Sequence record: SRR31156797_2267
Direction: 5' to 3' (one strand)
DNA length: 58,330 nt
The notes beneath the pieces were generated by a model. That model did not search any database. It had not been told where the DNA came from and saw nothing but the letters and a program-made list of their open reading frames with translations. The translations under genes and the position numbers were made by a program. Shown piece by piece: positions 40,385-49,300 of this stretch; the first letter of the stretch is position 1; each line of letters begins with the position of its first letter.

Positions 40385-41246
40385 ACTTCACAAGCATTTT
40401 TTCAGCAATTTCATTAAATACATTTATGTCTGTTTTGGTGAGAAGATCTTTGTATTTACCGACATTATCCGGCATTACATTTTTTAAAGTATTCTTTTTC
40501 CAGTCCATAGTAGAACTTGGTTCATCATTATACTTGTAATACTCAAGCATTTTTGAATCAAAGGGGATATTTAAAAATTCTACAATAATTTTTATGGTGT
40601 TTTCAGGTGCAGATATAAGGTCTTCATATCTTAAGCATAAGTAATTGTTTGTATGCTTATTTTCAAGAAACTCACTTATCATCGTATTATTTCCCGACCA
40701 TTCTTCCGCAATCTCATTTATTGATACCGGGAGATCAGGCTGGTATTTTGACTGACTAAGTAATTTTTTCATAGCTAAATACGAGCAAGCCACATCGCGC
40801 CCGTCACGGATCAGGAAAATATATTTAGCATCCGGCCATATTTTTTCAATTGTATTTAAGTGATGAATATAATAATTATTTTTATCGACAATAAGCTTTG
40901 CATTTTTACTTTGACTTTTGGCTCTCAAAAGATATGGCAAAATACATAATTCACCGTAATTATCCGGCTTATATTCATTGATCATATTTCTTAGATCAAC
41001 AGCATCTATATTCCATGTTTCAATTTTCTTACTTGATAAAATATCTCGAACAACTTCCATGACAGTTTGCTCATTTATAAGATCTACATTACTCCAATTC
41101 TTATATTTTTCATACCACCATTGCATAAATCCGCTTTCAGGAGCTGCCATTATTTCAGAATGCGCGTTGAGCATGATCCTCAACAAGGATGTACCGGATC
41201 TTGGATTACCTAAAATAAATATTTTAGCAGGATTTGTATAATTCAA
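40365..41246 (-). CDS. PAPS-dependent sulfotransferase
   Basis: 5'-PSB FILGNPRSGTSLL, DKN, 3'-PB IRDGRDVACS, RYEDL; TTG start. Confidence 0.85.
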   Translation of the reverse strand: MNYTNPAKIFILGNPRSGTSLLRIMLNAHSEIMAAPESGFMQWWYEKYKNWSNVDLINEQTVMEVVRDILSSKKIETWNIDAVDLRNMINEYKPDNYGELCILPYLLRAKSQSKNAKLIVDKNNYYIHHLNTIEKIWPDAKYIFLIRDGRDVACSYLAMKKLLSQSKYQPDLPVSINEIAEEWSGNNTMISEFLENKHTNNYLCLRYEDLISAPENTIKIIVEFLNIPFDSKMLEYYKYNDEPSSTMDWKKNTLKNVMPDNVGKYKDLLTKTDINVFNEIAEKMLVKFDYELT

Positions 41247-41259
41247 TCATTACTCGATT

Positions 41260-42711
41260 TTATTTTGAGCGCTTTAAAAGCATATCTTTCAATTTTATGC
41301 TTTCCATTAAAACAGGCTTGTTTATCAAATATTGCAACAATATATAACTTCCGGGTACTAGCAATATTCCGCTTATGAGCAGTATCCATAAATTTGATAT
41401 CGTCAATACTAAGACATATCCGATAGCAAGGGAAACAGCAATTGAAAAATAGAACTTCCAAATATCTCTTAATTGTTGCATGAAACCATAATTGATATAC
41501 TTCTTAATAATTGTTGTATTGATAATAACAGAGATAGCCGTAATGATGATCTCACCAAGGATGATATATGTTACACCAAAATTTGATGTTACAAAAATAT
41601 TGATTATTCGAAGACTGTTCTTGATCAAACTGACATTAAAATTAAGACGACTCTTCCCTATTGCAAGTAAAGCCCTTGTATTCACTACATTAATTGGATA
41701 TAACATACCTACAACACACAATAGCCTGAGATATGGAATCATTGGTTCCCATTTATCTGTCAACAATATTAAAACGAAAGGTTTGGCGATAACAATAAAT
41801 GTCGCCAGCAAAGGAATAATAAAGATCAAAGTTTGTTGCAGAAATTTCTTTATTTGATTTTGTAATCTGGGAATATTTGATTTTGATTTGGCAAAAATCG
41901 GAAAAGTAACCGTACCAATAGCTCCAACTATCTGATTTGTTGACAATCTTTGAAATTTTTTCGCTTGTGAATAGTATCCTAATTGGGCAAGCGGGAATAG
42001 TTTACCGATGACAAGAACATAAATATTCTCAAACAATTGGTTCAATAGTCCTGAAAAAAGTATCCATGAACCAAATTTAAACATATCTCTAAATGATGAG
42101 CGGGAAAACGTAAGGGCCGGATGCCATTTTGAAGTGATCCACAAACCGAGGGTTATCAATAACCTTTCACTAAGATTTTGGATAACCAGACTCCAGACTC
42201 CCATGCCCTGCCAAGCGGCAATAACACCTAATGTACCGGAAACAATAACCGATATTAGAGTTACAAGGGATTTTCTTTTAAAATTAACCGCCCTTGTGAT
42301 CTGCGCTATTTGTATGACACTAAAAGCGTTAATTATCATGACAAATCCCATTACTCTAAACAGGGTCTGCAGGATCTGTTCTTCATAAAAGTTGGCCAAA
42401 AGCGGCGCAGTAAACCAAACAATAACATAAATGAGCGCGCTAATGATCAAGTTCGAATAAAATACGGTATTTGCATCAGCTTCACTTACTTCCTTTTTCT
42501 GAACATATGCTTGCCCGAAGCCACTATCGATAAATACTTGAGCAACAATAAAGAATACCGTTATAATACCCATGATCCCGAATTCTTCGGGAGATAGCAA
42601 ACGAGCAAGAACGATCCCAAGGATCAATCTTATCCCTTGAATGCCGAATCTCTCTATTAGATTCCAGGCAACTCCTCTTACGGCTTTATCTTTGGCCAGT
42701 GTATCTGACAC
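41260..42711 (-). CDS. wzx: Wzx flippase (WzxC-like)
   Basis: LARLLSPEEFG, DSGF, GVWSLV, LGYY, LLTDKW; GTG start. Confidence 0.88.
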   Translation of the reverse strand: MSDTLAKDKAVRGVAWNLIERFGIQGIRLILGIVLARLLSPEEFGIMGIITVFFIVAQVFIDSGFGQAYVQKKEVSEADANTVFYSNLIISALIYVIVWFTAPLLANFYEEQILQTLFRVMGFVMIINAFSVIQIAQITRAVNFKRKSLVTLISVIVSGTLGVIAAWQGMGVWSLVIQNLSERLLITLGLWITSKWHPALTFSRSSFRDMFKFGSWILFSGLLNQLFENIYVLVIGKLFPLAQLGYYSQAKKFQRLSTNQIVGAIGTVTFPIFAKSKSNIPRLQNQIKKFLQQTLIFIIPLLATFIVIAKPFVLILLTDKWEPMIPYLRLLCVVGMLYPINVVNTRALLAIGKSRLNFNVSLIKNSLRIINIFVTSNFGVTYIILGEIIITAISVIINTTIIKKYINYGFMQQLRDIWKFYFSIAVSLAIGYVLVLTISNLWILLISGILLVPGSYILLQYLINKPVLMESIKLKDMLLKRSK

Positions 42712-42715
42712 GACT

Positions 42716-43645
42716 TTAATGCTCCAACGTTAGTAGATTAAGTTGATCGGAAAGTATGTTCGCACCCTCTTGATTTAAATGATCAGCATCTCCAAAACAG
42801 CTATTATTGAATCCTTTATCATTTATAAAGTTTTTGTAGACCGTGTTCTGATATACCTGAGATAATGAATCACAGGTATCCCCTATTAGTTTCCATTTTT
42901 CTGAATTTAGTTCATCAACATAATATGATGTACCCGGTGGTGTAAATAGAATCACCTTGCATTTCGAATTCTGACACATTTCAATAATTTCAATCAAAGT
43001 ATTAAGCTGTGACGATAGATCCAGGGAGTTATCTTCATGTCTTTTCGCAGCTGTTATTGCCGTTTCTTTCAGGTCTTTTTCTAAATCAACGGGCCACATA
43101 GCCCACCCGTTTTCATCACAGATCCTATTATCATTACCCTTCAAATAATATCCGGCCATTTTTTTTGAGATATTCTTGCCATTTGTAGTGGTGAGAGCAA
43201 TATGATGTTTTAAGGATCTCTTTTCAGATTTATCAATCATTTCCAGATCAGTATAGATCGAGTAATGATATTTTCTCCAATATTCAACGCTATTCTCCAG
43301 ATCCCTTCTTAAAGTAAAGTACGATACAGGAAGAACAACATACTCCAAATCAGGTAAATATTTAATATAACTTTTTAAAACAGCTTTATCATATTCAAGG
43401 GTTTGACTCACCATGGCAAAATTAAAACATGCTTTGTCAAACTTCTTCGGATTTACTCCCCTGTACGCATGAGATGAACCAAGAACCAGGATCTCAATTT
43501 TATCACCATTTTCTTTCACATAAGATGATTTGTAAGAATAATCATTGGGTATGTTTCTGTATAATGCTTCAGTAACTACTAAAACAACAATAACCGGGAT
43601 AATGAAAATTAGGACCTTAAGGACCAGTTTATTAATATTATTCAT
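42716..43645 (-). CDS. SGNH/DltD-like periplasmic acyltransferase partner
   Basis: N-terminal TM anchor, LGSSH nucleophile motif, C-terminal DADHLN..GA (DxxH); directly downstream of the MBOAT gene. Confidence 0.68.
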   Translation of the reverse strand: MNNINKLVLKVLIFIIPVIVVLVVTEALYRNIPNDYSYKSSYVKENGDKIEILVLGSSHAYRGVNPKKFDKACFNFAMVSQTLEYDKAVLKSYIKYLPDLEYVVLPVSYFTLRRDLENSVEYWRKYHYSIYTDLEMIDKSEKRSLKHHIALTTTNGKNISKKMAGYYLKGNDNRICDENGWAMWPVDLEKDLKETAITAAKRHEDNSLDLSSQLNTLIEIIEMCQNSKCKVILFTPPGTSYYVDELNSEKWKLIGDTCDSLSQVYQNTVYKNFINDKGFNNSCFGDADHLNQEGANILSDQLNLLTLEH

Positions 43646-43647
43646 CT

Positions 43648-45084
43648 CTAAAATTGGAAATAAATGAACTCCTGTTTTTCACCAATATGGATCAATATTG
43701 TTAATACGATCAAATAATAGCTCGAGTATCTAAACCATTTGGGCAACTTATCACTATTAAGCGCCAAAGCATGCTCTTTATCTCGCTGAAGCCATTCGAT
43801 AATAATGAATAAACCAAGTATCAACAGTAACGAAATGGGTAAAACTTCCGGAATGCTAAATAAACTTAGACTGAACATTCTCCCCAAATATGAAAAAGCC
43901 ATCGCCATATTCTCAGATCTAAAGAACACCCATGCAATGACGGTCAGTAAGAAAGTCAATAGTATTTGAAAAAACTCTTTTGCATTCGGAATAATTCTAC
44001 CTTTTGAAACTATCTCGAGGTTACTTCGATTCTTTTTAGAAAGCATCAAAGGAATAAAATATAAAGCATTGATTACCCCCCAGGCGACAAAAGTCCATCT
44101 TGCCCCATGCCAGAATCCACTAACAATAAAAATGATCAGTGTATTTCGAATTCTCTTCATTGTACTGACACGACTTCCGCCAAGTGGGATATAAACATAA
44201 TCTCTAAACCACGATGAAAGTGAGATATGCCAACGTCGCCAAAATTCTGCGATATCCCTTGAAAAATACGGGAATGCAAAATTCTTCATTAAGTTAAAAC
44301 CAAACAATCTTGCAGTTCCGATAGCAATATCCGAATACCCCGAGAAATCGCCATATATCTGAAATGCAAAAAATATTCCACCAAGTAATAATGTTGCCCC
44401 ACTCATATCCTGATAATTATTAAAGATCTGATTCACATAAACAGCGCAGGAATCCGCAATCACGATCTTTTTGAACAAACCCCATAATATCTGCCTTAAT
44501 CCATCAACAGCCTTTTCGTTGTCGAATTTTCTTTTATTCAAAAACTGGGGTAATAAATTTGTTGCTCTTTCAATAGGTCCTGCAACCAACTGCGGGAAAA
44601 AACTAACATATGCAAAAAATGAAACAATATCTTTGGTAGGTTTTAATTTCTTTCTGTAAACATCAATGGTATAACTAAGCGTTTGAAATGTATAGAAACT
44701 AATACCAACGGGAAGTATGATGTTCAAAGACTTAACATTGGGAGTATACCCGAGAAATGTAAAAGCATTAACAAAATTATCTGCAAAGAAATTATAATAT
44801 TTGAAAAACATTAAAAGGCCGATATTAACACAAACACTGACCAGTAATAGAACGATCCTGATATTCTTTTTTTCATGACGTTCCAATAATAGCCCGACAC
44901 TGTAATCGACAATAGAACTGAAAAAGATCAGCGTAAGAAATCGATAATCCCACCATCCATAGAATACATAACTGGCTATCAAGAGCACAATATTCTGATA
45001 CTTAATATTATTCTTGAAAATGTACCAGTAAAGAATAAATACTATTGGTAGGAATATTGCAAATTCGAGCGAATGGAAAAGCAT
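43648..45084 (-). CDS. MBOAT O-acyltransferase (AlgI/DltB family)
   Basis: LPVGISFYTFQ, FFPQLVAGPIER, YGDFSGYSD, FWRRWHISL, SGFWHGA, FIYFQF. Confidence 0.93.
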   Translation of the reverse strand: MLFHSLEFAIFLPIVFILYWYIFKNNIKYQNIVLLIASYVFYGWWDYRFLTLIFFSSIVDYSVGLLLERHEKKNIRIVLLLVSVCVNIGLLMFFKYYNFFADNFVNAFTFLGYTPNVKSLNIILPVGISFYTFQTLSYTIDVYRKKLKPTKDIVSFFAYVSFFPQLVAGPIERATNLLPQFLNKRKFDNEKAVDGLRQILWGLFKKIVIADSCAVYVNQIFNNYQDMSGATLLLGGIFFAFQIYGDFSGYSDIAIGTARLFGFNLMKNFAFPYFSRDIAEFWRRWHISLSSWFRDYVYIPLGGSRVSTMKRIRNTLIIFIVSGFWHGARWTFVAWGVINALYFIPLMLSKKNRSNLEIVSKGRIIPNAKEFFQILLTFLLTVIAWVFFRSENMAMAFSYLGRMFSLSLFSIPEVLPISLLLILGLFIIIEWLQRDKEHALALNSDKLPKWFRYSSYYLIVLTILIHIGEKQEFIYFQF

Positions 45085-45087
45085 TGC

Positions 45088-45789
45088 TTACTTAGATTTC
45101 CCCAAATGAATATTATAATTATCAGCTACGTTCTTTTTCAGAAATCCACCAAGTTTCTGCCATTTTCTATCATCTGTAAGTTCACAATAGAACAATTGTC
45201 CAGGTGCATGTTTTTTAAAATATTCAATCACTTCTCTGTTGTAATTATCATATATCCTGGTATAATGATCTTTCATTCCGGACATATCCATTAAATTGTC
45301 AACTTCCTTTTCATTCGGATTAAAATCAGAATCTTTATCCAATTTTTCATAATATTCATCAAGGCGATCATAAACCTTGCAATGCCTGTAAGTATTGCCC
45401 AATACTTTTCCACCTGAATGCTTTAGCATTGATTTATACCAATCCTCACTATTTCTGTAGAAAAGTATAAATTTAGCTTTGGGGAAACGATGATAAATAT
45501 ATTTATAGAAGTCCGGCATCCACCAAGGATTATCCTCAAAGGCTTGATGAGATTTAAAAGTAATTGATCTAAATATTTTTTCGTAATCACCATTTAGCCA
45601 ATAATATGACCAATCTACCGAATGATTACCATAACCAGCAACCCGATATCCGTGATCTTTCAAGAATTTTCCACAAGAAGTCGTGCCATTTCTTTGCACT
45701 GAAAGACAAAATACTTTTTTTCTGTGCCTTATAAACAAAGAGTATATAAAATTGACCAAAGGTTTTAATACTTTTTTATTTCTACTCAT
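45088..45789 (-). CDS. Sulfotransferase-family protein
   Basis: KVFCLSVQRNGTTS (5'-PSB), FEDNPW, KFILFYRNSEDWYKS (3'-PB), WQKLGGFL. Confidence 0.75.
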   Translation of the reverse strand: MSRNKKVLKPLVNFIYSLFIRHRKKVFCLSVQRNGTTSCGKFLKDHGYRVAGYGNHSVDWSYYWLNGDYEKIFRSITFKSHQAFEDNPWWMPDFYKYIYHRFPKAKFILFYRNSEDWYKSMLKHSGGKVLGNTYRHCKVYDRLDEYYEKLDKDSDFNPNEKEVDNLMDMSGMKDHYTRIYDNYNREVIEYFKKHAPGQLFYCELTDDRKWQKLGGFLKKNVADNYNIHLGKSK

Positions 45790-45793
45790 GCTA

Positions 45794-46951
45794 TTAACAT
45801 TCCTTATTGCAGATTTTTATTAACTCAACAATTTTTATAACATCATTTTTCCTAAGATCGGGATAGATTGGTAAACACAGTATTTCCTCAGCCATTCTAT
45901 TTGCAACAGGTAAATTATTGTTTGAAGCTGATTCTAAGCAATTATACATGGGGAAAGAAGAGATCAATGGATAGAAATATCTCCTTGAACGCACATTGTA
46001 TTTTTTCAACTCCTCATAAAGCTCATCTCTGGATATCCCAAAATCTTCCTCATTGACCAAAACAGGAAAATATGAATAATTATGCTGAATTTCGGGTTCC
46101 CTGACAATACATTCAATTCCAGCAATATCCTTTAAAGCATTTTCATAACAGAGGGCCAATTCTTTTCTTTTGTCAATATTGCTTTCAACTAATTTCAATT
46201 GCTCAAGTCCCATTGCTGCCTGGACTTCGTTCATTTTGGCATTTATACCAATATCAACCACAGACGTTTCCCCGTGAAAACCAAAATTCTTTAAATCATC
46301 TATCTTTTGTTTCATTTCTTGAGTATGGCATACAATAGCACCGCCTTCGAAGGTATTGAACACTTTCGTTGCATGAAAACTAAGCACAGAAAGATCACCC
46401 CAATTAAGAATACTTTGACCCTTGGAACTCACTTTAAACGCATGGGCAGCATCATATATCACTTTTAGGTCATGTTTTTCGGCTATCTCCATGATCTTAT
46501 CATGATCACATGGATTTCCATAAACGTGAACCGGCATTATAGCTGTTGTTTTATCTGTTATTAATTCCTCAATCTTCTTTGGATCAATATTCATAGTATC
46601 AGGACAAATATCTGCGAATACGGGCGTGCATGAGCACCAGCTGATCGCATGGGAAGTCGCCACAAAGGAAAACGGTGTTGTTATTACCTCACCTTCAATA
46701 TCCAGTGCTTTTAATGCAAGGATCAAAGCCAGGGTACCATTTGAGCATAGAGCAATATTATCCACACCAAGAAATTCATTTAATTCTTTTTCAAGACTTT
46801 GGTGAAAGACCCCATTGTTCGTCAACCACTTATTAGCCCAAATCTTTTCGAGATACGGTACAAAATCCTTTAGGTCCGGAAGTGAAGGTTTTGTTACCGT
46901 AATGGGATCATCAAATTTCAAATGCTTATTGACTTTGTTTTTGATCTTCAT
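45794..46951 (-). CDS. vioA: dTDP-4-amino-4,6-dideoxyglucose transaminase (VioA-like, DegT family)
   Basis: VTKPSLP, WLTNNG, NGTLAL, YDAAHAF, SFHATKVFNTFEGG, GINAKMNE, RRYFYP; ATG at 46951. Confidence 0.8.
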   Translation of the reverse strand: MKIKNKVNKHLKFDDPITVTKPSLPDLKDFVPYLEKIWANKWLTNNGVFHQSLEKELNEFLGVDNIALCSNGTLALILALKALDIEGEVITTPFSFVATSHAISWCSCTPVFADICPDTMNIDPKKIEELITDKTTAIMPVHVYGNPCDHDKIMEIAEKHDLKVIYDAAHAFKVSSKGQSILNWGDLSVLSFHATKVFNTFEGGAIVCHTQEMKQKIDDLKNFGFHGETSVVDIGINAKMNEVQAAMGLEQLKLVESNIDKRKELALCYENALKDIAGIECIVREPEIQHNYSYFPVLVNEEDFGISRDELYEELKKYNVRSRRYFYPLISSFPMYNCLESASNNNLPVANRMAEEILCLPIYPDLRKNDVIKIVELIKICNKEC

Positions 46952-46967
46952 AATTTTTATCGCGAAA

Positions 46968-47016
46968 TGCCTACGGCGCAATCAGTCACACAAACCGATT
47001 AATCCTATATTGAACA
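46968..47016 (-). promoter_or_regulatory. ops/JUMPStart-like leader element, copy 1
   Basis: TGTTCAATATA-N15-TGTGACTGATTGCGCCGTAGGCA on the minus strand, directly downstream of the upxY-like gene and ending 16 nt before the ATG. Confidence 0.65.
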
Positions 47017-47070
47017 GACCTTTTACCGTTATTTCGCGATCCTTATCATTTCGTTAATACAAATCTTATT

Positions 47071-47099
47071 AATATAGGTAATACTATTAAAAAAATGAA
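47071..47099 (-). promoter_or_regulatory. Possible sigma70-type promoter for the glycan operon
   Basis: TTCATT-N17-TATATT on the minus strand just upstream of the leader; weak evidence given the AT-richness. Confidence 0.3.
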
Positions 47100-47192
47100 G
47101 CTAATAAAGCAATTTTTAAGAAGCCTAAACCTTATTAAAAGCTTTATTTAACGAGGATATTTAATGTTTATATTTTTTTACGAAGATCGGAA

Positions 47193-47711
47193 TCAACATG
47201 ATATTGAATTAATGCTTTCCAAGGTGTCCTTTTCTATCTCTATGGAAACAACCTTGCCCAGCTGCTCAATTAACACATAAAGTCTTAGATGATTTTTAAT
47301 TTTCTTTACTCGTCCCCTTACCCCTGCAAAAATACCACGATTAATTTTAACCTCCTCACCTTCTTCAAATTGATAACCATTGTCAATTTGAAGTGATTCG
47401 GTATTATTCATCATAATTGCGATCGAATCAATCTCTTCATCTCTGATAACTGCCGGTTTTTTCCCGAATTCCACAAAGGCACTGACACCCTTTTCATTCA
47501 AAACATAATACTTTTTGTCAAGGTTGATCTTAATAAACAGGTACCCGGGAAACATAGGTACATTCAATGTTTTAACCCGATCGGACCATTGGCTTTTCTT
47601 CTTGAGCTCCGGTAAGAATACTTGATGTTTATCTGATAATTTCTCAAAAACGGCTTTTTCATGCCTTGGACGCACCTTAAGGGCATACCATTTTTCATCA
47701 TTTTTTATCAT
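47193..47711 (-). CDS. UpxY/RfaH-type NusG-paralog transcription antiterminator
   Basis: NGN: WYALKVRPRHEK, QWSDRVK...PMFPGYLF; KOW: GEEVKINRGIFAGVRG. Confidence 0.9.
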   Translation of the reverse strand: MIKNDEKWYALKVRPRHEKAVFEKLSDKHQVFLPELKKKSQWSDRVKTLNVPMFPGYLFIKINLDKKYYVLNEKGVSAFVEFGKKPAVIRDEEIDSIAIMMNNTESLQIDNGYQFEEGEEVKINRGIFAGVRGRVKKIKNHLRLYVLIEQLGKVVSIEIEKDTLESINSISC

Positions 47712-47713
47712 GA

Positions 47714-48502
47714 TCAATGATTGGGATGTTCAATACTTGCGGTTAGTATGCTTTTATGCATTGTCACAACAAATGCACCAGCTTTATTTGAATAAATAGG
47801 TTCGGGGTTTCCGTTTTCCAGGCAAGCATCATTCATTCGTTTAAAACCGGTTCCCCAGTTATCAACAATACCGAGACTTTGGAAAATCATGGCTAAGTTG
47901 CTGTTTTTAAGAATTGTTCTATCCTCATACAGTATCTTATCCAGATCAAGTTCTTCGGGAAGTCCACCCGGGCTCCAAATTTCCAGCCAATCTTCAAAAA
48001 CCCTTACCTGAATATTCCCGGTATCATTATAATCTCTATGCAATACGGCATTTATAATAGCTTCTTTTAATGCATCTAAGGGATAATCCCACTTCATTTC
48101 TTCTTTTCCGCTACGATGGTGAATAATGCCTTGATCGATATGTTTTTTAATAAAATCTATGATCTCATCTACTGCAATGATCATATTTGTATCAATATTT
48201 TTTCTATCGATGAATTTTGTTACAGTATTTCCATCAAATCTGGCAATTTTTATCACTGCATTTGAATAAAGCTCATTTTTCTTTGCAAAACACAGATAAC
48301 CTGCCTTTGTTACCTTTCCTTCACGAATTTGGCGTATTTGTTGCAAAAAATCATTTACACTTTCAAAGTTTCCTTCTGCTGTGAATTTTTTGATCAGTTC
48401 TTCGTCAAATTCAATCTCGTTGATAGGAATATCAACAAAGGAAGCAGCCATATCAGTTAAAGAATTGTATGATTTTGTTTCTTTTTTCTCTGCTTTACTC
48501 AT
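47714..48502 (-). CDS. GHKL-like ATP-binding protein (RecG-C/HATPase_c_4 type) lacking the usual AlbA_2 and HTH domains
   Basis: YPLDALKEAIINAVLHRDY, LEIWSPGGL, N..LA.IF, WGTGF. Confidence 0.75.
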   Translation of the reverse strand: MSKAEKKETKSYNSLTDMAASFVDIPINEIEFDEELIKKFTAEGNFESVNDFLQQIRQIREGKVTKAGYLCFAKKNELYSNAVIKIARFDGNTVTKFIDRKNIDTNMIIAVDEIIDFIKKHIDQGIIHHRSGKEEMKWDYPLDALKEAIINAVLHRDYNDTGNIQVRVFEDWLEIWSPGGLPEELDLDKILYEDRTILKNSNLAMIFQSLGIVDNWGTGFKRMNDACLENGNPEPIYSNKAGAFVVTMHKSILTASIEHPNH

Positions 48503-48687
48503 CGTATACCACCGATTGTTTTTGTTATATTTTATAAGTAAAAATATTATTTATTTTGCCATAAAACAATAAAATTGTTAAAAGCCTATTATCAATGCGT
48601 TTTGATTTTTATTAATTATCCTGGGAACAATTAGGTGTTGAATTCATATATGGATTACAACAACAAATTACTTCCCTCCTTATCCTT

Positions 48688-48722
48688 CGCCATAACATCC
48701 ACCCCAAAAGGGTGTTATGGCG
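48688..48722. repeat. GC-rich intergenic palindrome (REP-like or terminator-like hairpin)
   Basis: CGCCATAACATCC-N9-GGGTGTTATGGCG, 13-bp stem with one mismatch/GU, 17 nt past the stop at 48740; no clear U-tract. Confidence 0.55.
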
Positions 48723-48739
48723 CTTGAGTCAAGTTATTA

Positions 48740-49300
48740 TCAGATAATATCTAGTTTGCCATCAATATCTTGATATCTTTCCCCGGTTCTAGGACAGACA
48801 AGATCATCACCTAGTATCTCACCCTCTCTACTAACCCAGCCCTTCTGCTTTGCGGGCACACCCACCATTAAGGCATATGCCGGCACATCTTTCGTTACAA
48901 CCGCACCAGCAGCAATTAAGCAATACTCACCAAGAGTAATACCGCAAATAACCGTTGCATTGGCTCCGATAGAAGCTCCCTTTTTGATACGGGTAGGTTT
49001 ATATTCAGTTTTTCTTTCAACAAAGGCACGGGGATTCATAACGTTTGTAAAAACGCAACTGGGACCACAAAATACATCATCTTCAATGATCACAGAATCA
49101 TAGATCGATACGTTATTTTGAACTTTCACACCATTGCCGACAATAGCTTTGGAACCAATATTGACATTTTGTCCGATTGAACATCTTTCTCCAACTTTGG
49201 CTCCAGGCATGATATGAGAAAAATGCCAAACCTTTGTTCCTTTCCCGATCAAAGCACCTTCATCAACTCTAGCTGTTTCGTGTACAAAATATTCAGACAT
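48740..49300 (-). CDS. wbpD: Hexapeptide N-acetyltransferase, WbpD/WlbB-like
   Basis: [47 protein letters not shown]. Confidence 0.85.
   Translation of the reverse strand: MSEYFVHETARVDEGALIGKGTKVWHFSHIMPGAKVGERCSIGQNVNIGSKAIVGNGVKVQNNVSIYDSVIIEDDVFCGPSCVFTNVMNPRAFVERKTEYKPTRIKKGASIGANATVICGITLGEYCLIAAGAVVTKDVPAYALMVGVPAKQKGWVSREGEILGDDLVCPRTGERYQDIDGKLDII

Noticed and set aside
46959-47040. Invertible promoter bounded by 10-bp inverted repeats (Bacteroides-style)
   Set aside because: The enclosed 62 nt hold the leader motif rather than a recognisable promoter, and there is no recombinase in the window. An RNA stem is the simpler reading, though read-level inversion was not testable.
48677-48690. 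Possible att-like copy of the tRNA 3' end (TCCTTATCCTTCGC versus CCCTCATCCTCCGC at 17-30), which would bound a ~48.6-kb island
   Set aside because: Only 11/14 identity, which is plausible by chance, and there is no integrase or transposase in the window.
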